NCBI RefSeq assembly: GCF_009834535.1
Contig: NC_045697.1
Span: 48,176,001 to 48,240,000, forward strand
Length of the DNA: 64,000 nt
Direction: 5' to 3'
From: Camelus ferus
Lineage: Eukaryota
The position numbers were made by a program, and so were the translations under genes. Below the pieces are notes generated by a model. That model did not search any database, was not told where the DNA came from, and saw only the letters and a list, made by a program, of their open reading frames with translations. Of the stretch, positions 40,011 through 53,110 are shown piece after piece. Each line of letters starts with the position of its first letter. The stretch's first letter is position 1.

Positions 40011-41675
40011 CAGGGGCTCCATGAACAACATCGAGAAATACTAGGTCAAAGCAGGATATGCCACAGCCCCGAGGGAACCTGAATAACACATCTGAACCTC
40101 AAGATATCCAATGCAACTGGAGCATATGTGAAGAGTGAGAGTTGGCAATGAGGAAGCGGAAGACATCCGCACCATTGAAGGGTCTTTCTCCCATGCTGGA
40201 TCACTCTGACAGTTGCAGGAAGAGTCTTCAAGGGGGCTTTGCAGTAACTGAGGTGAGAAATGAGAGTTTCAGCTAAAAGACGGTAGATAAATAATGAGAC
40301 CAGAGAAGGAGAAAATCGAGGTCCTGTTGTTGGAATCTACCTGCAGTGTTACCAGAGCTGCACTTGTGGACCAATGAATTCACAAGCACAGAAAAACATT
40401 GCCCCTCGAGACAAAAACAGAGGCAGTAGGTAAAGGAAGATCCTGGTTTTAGGGAAAGTACAAGTAGAAAAGCACTACCAGGATCGTAATGTCCCTTATG
40501 CCACAAATCAAGCCTCGACATTAACCTCTACATCTATCACCAAAAAGTTATACTCCAACTTGGCAGGTTCTTTTCCTCCCTCACGGGAAGATTTCCCATC
40601 GTAGGATCATTTGTTATAGCAAAGAAAATGGATATTTTTTGTACAATCAGCTTTGCTAGGCTACATTTATTATGTGAAGAGAGAAATATCTCAGACTGGA
40701 AAGACTAAAAACTGTGAAGAGAAATATTATTTGAAAAACAGCATTGGTGACTTAAGAGACTATAGAGAGCTCTTCTAATGTATTCCTAAAGACACATAAT
40801 TTATATATACTAAGTTGGAAGGACTTCAAGACAGAGATTTTATTTCTTCACTTTCTCTCATTCTCTGCCTAGGAACTGACATTATTATCTCAAGGTAAAA
40901 GAACTTTGTATTGTTACACATTTGCATAATTATTTTCAACCAGTTGCTTTAGGATATGTTTTGCTCTTTCCAACTTCTTTCTTACGATTTTTTAAAACAG
41001 AAGTCAAGCAGCTGATATGTGAATTTTAAGTAACATTTTACCATCAGTTTTGACCCTGATCATAGAGCATTAGAGAATATTCTGGCTTCCCTCATTAGTG
41101 CAGTGTGGATTGTTTTGCGATAAGGGAAGTAAAAGCCTGTTTGCCTACTTCCCTTTGTGCGGTGGATATCATGAGTTCAATGAGATCTTCTAAGTTTCTA
41201 TGGCTCCAAACACTAAAGAAGGTCTTGCCCACTTCTCCCTTCTAAATTATTTTGGCGCTAAACTGGGGAGAGAGATGAGTCAGGGTACCAGCCTCATCTT
41301 TCACTGGAATAATGCTTGGTATATTTTTAAACATGCTACATTTCTCATTTGAAGGTGTCTTTAAAATCTTCAATTTGGCCATTGTATGTAGCTAAATGAT
41401 TGGATGCTTTTAAAATTCAGGCAGTGTTCCAAGTTGGAACTTAATTAGGATTAGAGTGAAAATTGAAACCAGGTACCGGATTCACCCACTGGAAATGTCA
41501 ATCAGTACCTGTCCTACTTACAGTCCACAGTGAACGGGCGGCTTTAGGTGATCACACTTAATATCACCTGACCAGCTGATGAGACAAAGATGGACACCCA
41601 AAGAAAGGGCTGCCGAAAACTGAACATACTAATAATCCTTACAGTCTTCCGTTTGAAGCCTAGACCATGGACCAC

Positions 41676-42195
41676 TGTGCAATTTGGGTTCCTTGAGAAG
41701 CAAATACAGAGATGGAGCTTAACATCAAGGATATTTATTAAGATGTGCCCTTGGCTGCAAAAGTATGAAAGGGAGGGAGAGGAAGCAAGATTGAGAGGAG
41801 GGAAAGGTCTGGCTGTGATACAGTTATTAGGAACAGCCTCAGCTGGCCCCACAGGGAAGCTCTGGAGCTGGAATGTTCTTCAGACATGTCCTGAGTTGGG
41901 GCCAGATGGCCAGGACTACATATTCCCTCACATTTCAGTCATAGGATGTAAGCCATGCTGGGAAGGGACATCCTTATGCTAGATGGCTCCCTCCCTGAGA
42001 CAATTGCTGAAGGTCCTGACAGCTAAAGACTGTCTCATAAGATGACCAACTCCCCCAGATTTCCCAGGACTATCCTTATTTTTAGCACTGCAAAATCCCA
42101 GGCAAACCAGAATAGCTGGTCACCCTACTGTCTGACAACAGCACTTTGGCAGCTGAGATAATAAATCTTTCATTATACGCACGTGTGTCCATCAC
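41676..42195 (-). mobile_element. ERVL solo LTR (LTR16-like) interrupted by a hAT MITE
   Basis: GGGTTCCTTGAGAAGCAAATACAGAGATGGAG...TTTATTA...CCCCACAGGGAAGCTCTGGAGCTGG; antisense-similar to 22540-22957. Confidence 0.75.
42038..42127. mobile_element. hAT-Blackjack MITE (MER81/MER94-like)
   Basis: TIRs TAAGATGACCAAC / GCTGGTCACCCTA; 8-bp TSD CTGTCTCA (42030-42037) / CTGTCTGA (42128-42135). Confidence 0.88.
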
Positions 42196-43060
42196 AACAG
42201 CTTTACTATTCCCTAGGAATTCAGGGACCTCATGTTGGAGTCCAGTACCTGCCAAAGTTCTTAAAAGCTACAAGTGTTAAAGGTAATTGCTGTGTTTCAA
42301 TGATCATAGCAACTAGACTTGCTTAGAAGCAAGGAATGACCATGAAATCTCCTTTCCTATCTCCCAAACATTAGTGGTCACATAAATTCAGATCACTTTG
42401 GAAAGGTCTCACTGGACCAAAGAGACAGTACAATATGGAAGTCTAGCACTCTTATCAAGTTACTCTGCAGGTACCTTTCCCTATGGCAAAGTCCCCTTGC
42501 AGTGTATTTCCTGTTCTCTGCTGGGCATGGCCTATCCCTCTAAGACCAGGCAGCCTGATAAATAGCAAATATGCCTGGAAACAATTATTCTATGTCAAAA
42601 TCTAGAAGAAAACAGCCTGTTTCAATGTCAATAGAGGACAGAATTTCTAAAATTTGTCATATACCATAGAATTGGTGATAATTCAGTAAGTAGTAATGTT
42701 CCTCACCGAGTTCACACTATCGACGTTGAGGTTATAAGAATGACCAGATATACAGGATGATAAAAAGAACATAAAACAAAAACTAAAGGAATAGTTGGTT
42801 GGTTGAAATGGAAAGAAAACAGCTTTGGCCATAGAGGTGGGAATGCAGAACAGAGCTTGACTCCCTTTCCTACCAAACCATCTTGGCATGACCCCTTCCC
42901 CTGTGGTCTCCACCTAGCCTCTCATACCTCAACCCAAGAAACCACTTTTTTATTCAATGTATCTTCCTGGCCGACTGTCTACAAGAGCCACATCTGGGAA
43001 ACTTAAGGAAGCAACACTCATTTACTAGTGAATAGCTAAGTGGCATCCAAGGTAGATTTT

Positions 43061-43172
43061 TTAAAAATTTTTTATTGATTTATAATCATTTTACAATGTT
43101 GTGTCAAATTCCAGCGTAGAGCACAATTTTTCAGTCATACATGAACATATATATATATTCATTGTCACATTT
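43061..43172 (-). mobile_element. Very short young L1 3' end with TSD
   Basis: Reverse complement of ~45998-46108; TSD CAAGGTAGATTTT (43048-43060) / CAAGGTAGAATTT (43173-43185). Confidence 0.93.
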
Positions 43173-44079
43173 CAAGGTAGAATTTAAAACAATGTGCCTC
43201 CAAGTAAACTAACAAACACAGATGCTCAAAGATGTTCAAAAACATTTCGTTGATGGTTCCTTAGATTCAAGCTTAATTGGCTACCAATACGTGAAACACT
43301 TTTATAGCTGTGAGAAGACATTTTCAACATATTCCTCTAAATAGGATTTTTGGAAATGAAAGTTTACAGGAACGCTGTTATCAGTTTTGGGAACTGTGTG
43401 CAAAAAAGTAAACATATTTGCCCTATTTGTCTTCTCAATCTTAAGATGATAGACACCCAAATAATCTCCTGCTGACATACTGTATGAGTGCAACTCAAAA
43501 CCATAAGTATACCTGCAAGGATGAATCTACAACTTTCATTCGGTTAATGGGTTTTTGTTGTTATTTTAGCCATAGCTTCTCTTTTTCAGACCTGTGGCTC
43601 AAATATCAAAATTAATTCTAGGGCATAAATCCTTTTAAACAAATGTTACCCTACTGGTCATTCTAACTATATAAGTAATTCATCATAATCCCTTCTGTGA
43701 AAATTGAGCCTTCCCATAACTTGGATCATTTTCAGAGATGGAAAATGAGTTGTAATTCAATGAATTTAGGAAGCAATCATTGCTTTTAAAAAGAAAACTA
43801 AGTTCTGATATTACAATTATAGACAGAGGAAAAAAATACAGAATTGAAACATTACAAATTTGTATTTTTGGGGTCAGATTATGAGAAATTTAGGAGAATA
43901 TTAAAAACATAATTTCTAACAAGAAAAGTAGAGAATAATCTTGTCTGATGTCAGTACTTTTATTCATTGAGATTTTAAAAATTTAAGTATAATTCATTTC
44001 TTAGGTGTTAAAACTGATAAAAATTGAATTTTCTAAAAAGTTGATTTTATTGATTGGTGTCAATTACATGTTGGGAAGT

Positions 44080-44800
44080 TTTTCTTTTTTAATGTGGTAA
44101 AATACACGTAACAAAATTTGCCACCTTAACCATTTCAATGGCTTGGTGGTATTAAATACATTCACATATATATATATATAGCCATCACTACCATCCAACC
44201 CATAATTCTTTTGATTTTGTGAAACTGAAACTATACCTCTTAAATCATAACTCCCCATACTGCACTCACCAGTCCCTGCAAACCACCATTATACTTTGTC
44301 TTTATGAATTTGACTATTCCAGATACTTCATATAAGTAGATATAAGTAGAATCATAATGTAATTTTTTGTGTGTAACTGGCTTATTTCCCTTAGCATGAA
44401 GTCCTCAAGTTCATGTTATAGTATGTTTCAGAATTTCCTTCCTTTTTAAGACTGAATAATATTCCATACAATGTATATACTACATTTTATTTATCTATTC
44501 ACTCGTCAGTGAACACTGGGTTTGTTTCCATGTTTTAGCCATAGTGAATAATGCTGCTATGAACATGGGTGTACAAATATCTCGTTGAGACATTGCTTTC
44601 AATTCATTTGAATATATGCCCAGAAGTGAAATTGCTAAATCATATGATGATTCTATTTTAATTTTTTGAAATACTATCATTTTACTTTCTATAGTACCAT
44701 TTTACATTTCCACCAATGGTGCACAAGTGTTCTAGTTTCCTCATATTCTCACCAACACTTGATATTTTCTGGTTTTTTTTTTCATAATAGCCATCTTAAG
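44080..44800 (-). mobile_element. Old L1 (L1MA/MB-like), 3' part (continues at 46143)
   Basis: Antisense 3'UTR and ORF2 C-terminus (YDLAISLLGIY...[20 protein letters not shown]). Confidence 0.92.
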
Positions 44801-45068
44801 GGATGGATATAATTCTCAGATGTAGGGATTCATTTAAAAGAAAACAGAGAAGAAAAACAATGAAAAAAATCAGTACCACATTTGGACAGTATAGGGGAGA
44901 AAATGTAACTATAAAATGATGCAATTAAAATTCCTCAGCTCATTTTAGTTTTACAGTTGTCAAAGTAATGTGTGATGTCAATGAAGAAATATTTGTAGCA
45001 TGCAGACAATTCTGTTTCTTGAAAAAGCTATTGTCATGGGGCTTGTAAAAAAAAACTCGTATTTTTTT

Positions 45069-46105
45069 GAATGGGAGAAAATTTTTGCAAATGAAACCGA
45101 CAAAGACTTGATCTCCAGAATATATAAGCAGCTAATACGACTCAGAAAGAAAAAAATAAACAACCCAATCCAAAAATGGGCAGAAGACCTAAACAAGCAA
45201 TTCTCCAAGGAAGACATACAAATGATCAAAAGGCACAAGAAAAGATGCTCAATATCACTAATTATCAGAGAAATGCAAATCAAAACTACAATGAGGTATC
45301 ACCTCACACCAGTCAGAATGGCCATCATTCAAAAATCCACAAATAACAAATGTTGGAGAGGCTGTGGAGTAAGGGGAACCCTCCTACACTGCTGGTGGGA
45401 ATGCAGTTTGGTGCAGCCACTATGGAAAACAGTGTGGAGATTCCTCAAAAGACTAGGAATAGACTTACCATATGACCCAGGAATCCCACTCCTGGGCTTG
45501 TATCCAGAAGGAAATCTACTTCGGGATGACACCTGCACCCCAATGTTCATAGCAGCACTATTTACAATAGCCAAGACGTGGAAACAGCCTAAATGTCCAT
45601 CAACAGGTGACTGGATAAAGAAGAAGTGGTATATTTATACAATGGAATACTACTCAGCCATAAAAACCAACAACATAATGCCATTTGCAGCAACATGGAT
45701 GCTCCTGGAGAATGTCATTCTAAGTGAAGTAAGCCAGAAAGAGAAAGAAAAATACCATATGAGATCGCTCATATGTGGAATCTAAAAAACAAAAACAAAA
45801 ACAAACAAACAAAAACAAAGCGTAAATACAGGACAGAAATAGACTCATAGACAGAGAATACAGACTTGTGGTTGCCAGGGGGGCAGAGGGTGGGAAGGGA
45901 TAGACTGGGATTTCAAAATTGTAGTTTAGATAAACAAGATTATACTGTATAGCACAGGGAAATATACACAAAATGTTATGGTAGCTCACAGAGAAAAAAA
46001 TGTGACAATGACTGTGTATATGTCCATGTATGACTGAAAAATTGTGCTGAACACTGGAATTTGACACAACATTGTAAAATGATTATAAATCAATAAAAAA
46101 TGTTA
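45069..46105 (+). mobile_element. Young 5'-truncated L1: ORF2 C-terminus open to its stop (45785), 3'UTR, polyA, TSD
   Basis: EWEKIFAN...[18 protein letters not shown] (CX3CX7HX4C)...[16 protein letters not shown] at 46092; TSD A9CTCGTAT7 (45047-45068) / A9CTCATAT7 (46106-46127). Confidence 0.97.
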
Positions 46106-46142
46106 AAAAAAAAACTCATATTTTTTTAATTCAAAAAAATAC

Positions 46143-49100
46143 TGGTATCTCATTGTAGTTTTGATTTGCATTTCCATAGTTCCTTGTGATGTTGGGCATC
46201 TTCTCATGAGCTTATTGCCATTTGTATGTCTTCTTTGGAGAAATGTCTATTCAAGTCCTTTGCCCACTTTAGATTGGGTGGGGGTTTTTTTTTGTAGTTG
46301 AGTTTTACTGGATATGAATCATTTATAAGATATGGGATTTGCAAATATTTTCTCCTATTCTGTGGATTGCTTTTTTATTCTGTTGATAGTGTTCTCTTAT
46401 GCACAAAAGCTTTTTAATTTGATAAAGTCCAATTTGTCTAGTCTATGCTTTTGGTGTCATAGCCAAGAAATCATTAACCAATCCAATGTCATGAAACTTT
46501 TACTGCATGTTTTTTCCTAAGAGTTTTATAGTTTTAGGTCTTACATTGATGTGTTTGATCCATTTTGAGTTAGTTTTTGTATATGGTTTAAGTAAAGATC
46601 AAAACTCATTCTTTGTATGTGGATATCCTGTGATCCCGGCACTATTTGTTGAAAAGACTATTCTTTCTCCATTGAATGGTCTTGGCACTCTTGTCAAAAA
46701 TAATTTGCTCATATATGCATTTCTTATTTCTAGGATCTCTGTTCTATTCCATTGGGCTATATGTGTGTCTTTATACCAGCATCACAGTATTTTGATTACT
46801 GTAGCTTTGTAATAAATTTTGAAATCAGAAAGTATGGGTCCTCCAGTTTTGTTCTTTTCAAGATTATTTTGGCTATTCAGGGTCCCTTGAGATTCCTTAT
46901 GAATTTTAAGATGGGTTTCCTATTTCTTCAAAAAGCATCATTGGGATATTGATAGGGATTGGATTGAATCTGTAGATTGCTTTGGGTATTATTGAAATTT
47001 TATAATTTAAGACTTCTAATCCATGAACATGGGATGTATTTTCATTTATTTACATCTTTATTTTTTCCAGCAATGTTTTATAATTTTCATTGTACAAGCC
47101 TTTCACTCCTTGATTAACTTAATTTTTAGGCATTTTATTCTTTTTGATGCTATTATTATAACTGGAATTGTTTTTGTAATTCCCTTTCAGATTTTTCATT
47201 GTTCATGTATAGAAACGCAGTTGATTTTTGATGTTGGTTTTGTATCCTGCTACTTTGATTAATTGATCTACCAGTCCTAAGAGCATTTTGTGGAATCTTT
47301 AGGATTTTCTACATATAAGATTGTATCATCTGCAAACAGATAGATTCACTTCTTCCTTTCCAAAATTTGGACGTCTTTTTATTTATTTTTCTTGCCTAAT
47401 TTCTCTGACTAGAACTTCCAGTACTATGATGAACAGAAGTGGTGAAAGTAGGCATCCTTGCCTTGTTCCTGATTTTAAAGAAAAAGCTTTCAGTCTGTCC
47501 CCTTTGAGTATGTTTTCTGTGGATCTTTCACACATGGCTTTTGTTACATGGAGGTAATTTCCTTCTTTTCCTATTTTATTGAGTGTTTTGATCATGAAAG
47601 TGTATGAATTTTCTCAAATGGTTTTTCTGCATCAATTGAGATGATCATGTTGTTTTTTCCCTTTCATTGCATTGATGCAGTCTATTATATTGATCAATTT
47701 TCGTATGTTAAACCATCTCTGCATTTCAGGAATATATCCCACTTGGTCATGTTATATAATCTTTTAAATATGCTGCTGAATTCTGTTTGCTAGTATTTTG
47801 TTGAGTATTTTTGCATCAAAGTTCATAAGGAATATTAATCTGTAGTCTTCTTGTCGTGTCCTTCTCTGGCTTTGGTATCAGCTTATGCTGGCCTTATAAA
47901 ATATGCTAGGATGTGTTCCCTCCTCTTCAGTTTTTTGGAAAAGTTAGTGAAGGATTAGTTCAGTTCTTTAAATGTTCGGCAGAGTTCACCAGTGAGGCCA
48001 TCAAGTCCAGGGCTTTTCTTTGTCAGGAGAGTTTTGATTACTGATTCAGTCTCCTTACTAACTATAGGTCTATTTCGATTTCTAGTGTTGTTAGGTTTTG
48101 TATTTCTATTAACTTGTCCATTTTATCTAGGTGATCTTTTTTTTTTTTATGTAGAATTGTTCTTAGTACTCTTACAATCCTTTTTATTTTTGTAGAGTTG
48201 ATAGTAGTGTCCCCACTTTCATTTCTGACTTTAGTGTTTTTGTCTTCCCTCTTTTTTTCTTAGTTGATGTAGCTAAAGATTTGTCAATCTTGTTTATCTT
48301 TTAAAAGAACCAACTTTTGGCGGCTTCATTAATTTTCTTCATTACATTTCTACTCTCTCTATTTTTTTTATCTCTGCTATAGTCTTTTTATTTGCTTCCT
48401 TTTTGCTAGCTTTGAGTTTAGTTTGTTCTTCTTTATCTAGTTCCTTAAGTTTAAACTTAGTTTGTTGACTTGAGATCTTTTTAACTTATTTAATGCCTTT
48501 TTAATGACTCACCTACTGGAGTATTGGAGAATTTAATTAAAAACATACATGAATGCAAAAAAAAATTTATAGCTATAAATTTCCCTCTAAACACCACTTT
48601 TGTTGTGTCCCATAAGTTTTGGTATGTTGTGTTTTCATTTTTCATTTGTCTCTAAGTATTTTCTAATTTCCCTTATGATTTCTTCTTTGATCCGTTGGTT
48701 GTATAAAATGTGTTTTTTAATTTGCACAATTTTGTGTATTTTCCAGTTTTCTTTATGGTATTGATGTCTAACTTCATTCCATTGTGGTAGGAGGAGATAT
48801 TTTGTATGATATCTATCTTTTTAAATCTACTGAGACTTAATTTATGGCCTAACTTATGATTTATCCTGAAAAATGTCCCATGTGCATTTAAGAAGAATGT
48901 GTATGCTGTTGTTTTGGGGTTGAATGTTCTATTCTATACATATCTGTTACATCTAGTTGGTTTATTGTGTCAAGTCCTCTTTTCCTTACTTACTTTCTAT
49001 CTCTCATTATTGTGAGAGGGATATTGAAGTCTCCAACTACTATTGTAGAACTCTCTCTCTCCTTTAAATTCTGTCAGTTTTTGCTTCATATATTTTGTTG

Positions 49101-49425
49101 GTCTGTCATTAGACATGTATATGTTTATAATTGTTGTATCTACTTGCTGTATTAAAACTTTTATTAATATATAATGTCCTTCTTCGTCTCTTGTAAACAT
49201 TTTTTATTTGAAGTCTGTTTTGTCTGATTTTAGTATAGCCATTCCTTCTCTCTTTTGGTTATGTTTCCATCCTTCTATTTTCAACCTGTTTGTATCTTTC
49301 AATCTCAAGTGAGTCTCTTGTAGATGGCATATAGTTGAGTCATGTATTTTTACCCATTCTGTCCATCTCTGTCTTTTGATTGGAGAGTTTAATCCATTCA
49401 CATTTAAAGTAATTACTTATAAGGA
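46143..49425 (-). mobile_element. Old L1 ORF2 remnant (EN-RT), continuation of 44080-44800
   Basis: Translations [50 protein letters not shown]...ICHLQETHL; FADD codons near 47325-47336. Confidence 0.95.
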
Positions 49426-49429
49426 GAGA

Positions 49430-49800
49430 TGTTGTCTGAACTTCCGTGATCTGAAGCAGCAATCATCAGTCAAAGCACAAATTTTCAATATTTAGAGGAC
49501 AATGGTCTTTTTGCTCATCCTGGCTCCTGCAAGCTATGTGAAAGCTACTCCAGGAACATATGCACAGCTGTCTGTACTGTGGCTGTTGGTAGAAGGTGGA
49601 CAGCTGCTACTGTGTTAAAGAGCTAAAATTGACCAAAACTAATCACAATTTACTGTCTAAGTCTTCCCGTGGAAGTGTAAGCCTTTTACAGACCCCAGAG
49701 TTCTAAGATAGTTACATCAGACAAATTCTGCCAGTGCAGTTGTGGTCTAAGTAGAAGACAGATTCCTAGTGCCCCCTACTCTGCTATGTTTCCAGAATTC
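49430..49800 (-). mobile_element. Probable old L1 5' region joined to the ORF2 start (ORF1 missing)
   Basis: AAAGCACA...GAGGACAATGGTCTTTTTGCTCATCCTGGCTCCTGCAAGCT; ends CCCTACTCTGCTATGTT, similar to an antisense L1 5' terminus. Recalled resemblance only. Confidence 0.5.
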
Positions 49801-50269
49801 TTTCTCCTGGATAAAGTTATTTTTAACTAAAATATTTTTCCTCTCCATTCAGACAGAAATACTCTTCACTTGGCACCAAGAGAAAAAAAAATGTAAAATT
49901 TATTTGTCATGCAAAAGTCCGAGCAAATTGAGAAGACTTATGTATACACATACAGTTAACATGACTCACTGTAATCATACCAAATTACAGTTCACTTCTT
50001 ATTATCAATGAGGTTGGTATTCAGTTACGAAGCTTAGAGAAAGCCAAGTGGAACCTCTGATTTGAAACAGCATGGATGTCCAAAGAACTCACTGGACTGG
50101 AATCAATTACTGCAATTTGCATTCTAGGAAAAGATGATGGAGAAAATAAAAGTGGAAATAGTCCAACCAATTATTTGCACTCTGCCATTTAAAATTTGTT
50201 GCTTAATAGGTATTTGATGATGGAAGCTAAACAACTTATATAAACAAATGTTTAGGCAATAAGAGTTGT

Positions 50270-50700
50270 TTATATCTCCTTAACCAACAAATAAGAACAT
50301 CCACTATGTGGTAGACACTGGAGATACAGAGAAAAGAAGAGTTTCTGACCTCAGAGAACTAATTGGAGAGGTAAACCCATGAGAAGAACCCAAAAGAAGG
50401 GACCTCTACAAGTGAAAATGGGTTATAAGGGAGAACTAGTCAGGAAAGTTTTACTTTTTGAAAATAATAACACTCAATCAGAGTATAATTAAGTGAAATA
50501 CTCCAAAATTAAGGCACTGGAAGAAGGGCAGCATTTTAGGCTAAGGAAATGCATATTTGGGAAAATAGTAAGCCTTTTGGTATGGCAGGAGCAAATGGTA
50601 CAAATGGAGGTATGACAAGAAGTGATGCTGAAGAGGCCAATGAGCTCAGACCCCAAAGGCCTTGTAGGGCATGCTGTGGAGTTTGGGCATGATGCCACAG
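50270..50700 (-). mobile_element. L2 remnant
   Basis: CAACAAATA...CCACTATGTGGTAGACACTGGAGATACAGAG...AAGGCCTTGTAGGGCATGCTGTGGAGTTTGG. Confidence 0.7.
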
Positions 50701-52559
50701 ACATAGGTCAGATAGGCTGTGGTTTATGTGCAACTCAAGGCAAGCTAGCTATTATTCACCCTCTCTCTTCTAGCCAAGAATTTGTCTGAAACAGGGAAGA
50801 ATGTGATTCTGTTCAAAGTTCTTGTTAACGTTATTAACCAGGCAAGAGTAATTGGCTAAAGATTTTAATTAAACTAGTAGATTTGAGTAGTTTGATATTA
50901 TTCCCCATCCTCAGTCTCCTAAATCATGGTTCCCAGATGAAGCTGAGCAAAGTGGCGAAGGTGGAACTGGTCATGGGTCTTTTATTCTGACACTCAACAG
51001 GGTGACTGAGGAATTTCACTCCACTTCCCACCCCAGGGCTGTCTTTCCATGCTCTCAATTTTCTCCTTCCCTTTCTCACCCAGCATCACTTAGATTTTTC
51101 ATCTACTTGCGCTCTGACAATGCACAGTGCATTGAATGAATAAAAGAGTCCAATCCCAATAGATCCACCGAGCAATAGCAGTAACCTCTACCCTGCAGAA
51201 GCCCTCCACCTTGAAAAGGACAATTCTTGAATTCAAAGAAGGCATCTCTGATATTATGATATCAGTTACCAAGGCTGCCTAGTCAAGCAATACTGTGTTG
51301 TAGGAGTTGGGTTGGTGTAGCTGGGAGGAAGGGGTGCTCTTTCTTTGCAGCCTCAGCATTACTAACATAGTAATCATCACTAGCATGAGCCTCCGGTCTG
51401 GGAGCTGTTAAGTGTTCATGTATTCAAGCAGTTTCTCTTCCTTCTGCAGCCTCTGGGCCTGTTGGCCATCCTCTGTGCATGAGTAGTAGGCTTTGAGCCA
51501 GTGGAGTGCTGAAGAGTGCTATTTAGGCATTCACATATGTCTGATGATGTGCTTTTATGCTTTGTGAACAATCAATCTGATAAACTGTCCTCCAAAAGCA
51601 TCCAGAAAGGGCCAGGATTGGACCAAGCAGTGGGCAGACAGGAAATGTGGAGGCAGTAGCTGTATAGAATGAGATAAATGATAAACACTAAAAGCGCTGA
51701 TAAAAATATCCCCGTGGGAATGGGCATTTGATCATCTACTTCTATTCTTTGCTATTTAAGATGTGGGTTGGCAGATGGTGAGGGTAAACTATATTTAGAA
51801 TCTTGATCATCAAAGATGGTATGAACTAAAGAGAAATAGAATGGTGGTTGATCGGCATTCTTGAAGGAGTCCTAACTTCTATGTCACTGTATTTTAAGGA
51901 GCCAATCATTTTTTAAAAGTTTTATCTGCTTAAGGTAAGACAATACATAGCTACCTGGAATCCTAGATCCATTAAAAGCTTATTGCCTTATGTAGGTGCC
52001 ACATTCTGAACTCTAGATGAAAAAAAGCCTTGAAATTCTGATGTATTGTGACATTTGGGGATTTTTGAACTCTGTTTCTAAGTTACACAATATAGCACTA
52101 TTAAGAACCATCCATCAAAGATGCCCCAGGGACCACCAAGTAAACAGTGAGCTGTCTCTTGACTGTTAATCGTGACTGCTAGTATTTGTTCTGTTGGGCT
52201 TTTTTTAACCACTTTTAAAATCCAATAATGTTCTAAGTAGTACCAGTCATCATAGGACTCAAAAAATAAGAAACTAAAGGAAAATGATAACAGTTTTTCT
52301 GTTTTTTTGGCAACAAATAAGCTTCAAACTATTTATAAGCAAGGTTATCTTCTAATGCATTAAGTAAAGTAGGGTGGCTTTTGAACAGGGGATGCAAAGA
52401 TGGCTGTATTGGTTAGGCTATTGGTTCATCTTAGGCTGCTTGGCTCTGTGTTTTTTCAATAACTGGAAAATGCCTAGATATAAAATGTTGTACAAATTGT
52501 AGTCACTGTATTCTCAAATTCCAGATACATGCACAAACTGACTTTTTAGTCAAGTGGTA

Positions 52560-53110
52560 TTTATGCCAGGCTTAGTTTATGCATCTTCTTGGATTTGCTC
52601 AGCTCCACTCCCAACCTTGTTCAGTGGTCACTGCTGCTATAGCCTCAACTCAGATACCACGGGTGGTCTCATCTTCTCCCAGGGTACAGCTTCCATGGTG
52701 CTCCACTGCCAAGGTTTAACTTAACCAGACTGTGAAGGCTCTGGCTCACCTGGCAGGTGCTTGGAGTGGCCGAGTAACATACTCTGGGTAAGCTGTTGTT
52801 CTGTGAGAAAATCTTGACCAATGGAGAACAGAAGGGAGCTAACAAATCCTTCATCTTTTCTCGTGATCCCCCACCAGGGGTCTCCAAGACCCGGTGGTAC
52901 CTTTCATATGGCCTTTTCAGAGATGTCTCCTGTGTCCCAGCAACCCCTCTATGAGTTTTTGTGATGCTGTAGCTTGCTTGATGATGTATCACTTGGTCAT
53001 TTCTTTCCTATTTCCCTTCACTTTCTTTCACTCTTGTTGCCCTGGGATCTCTTACCTTAAGTTTGCATGTCAGCTTTGCCTCAGCCTCTGTTTTGTAGGG
53101 CTAAGGCATT
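52560..53110 (+). mobile_element. ERVL solo LTR (LTR16-like)
   Basis: TTGACCAATGGAGAACAGAAGG...CCCTGGGAT...TTGCATGTCAGCTTTGCCTCAGCCTCTGTTTTGTAGGGCTAAG. Confidence 0.65.
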
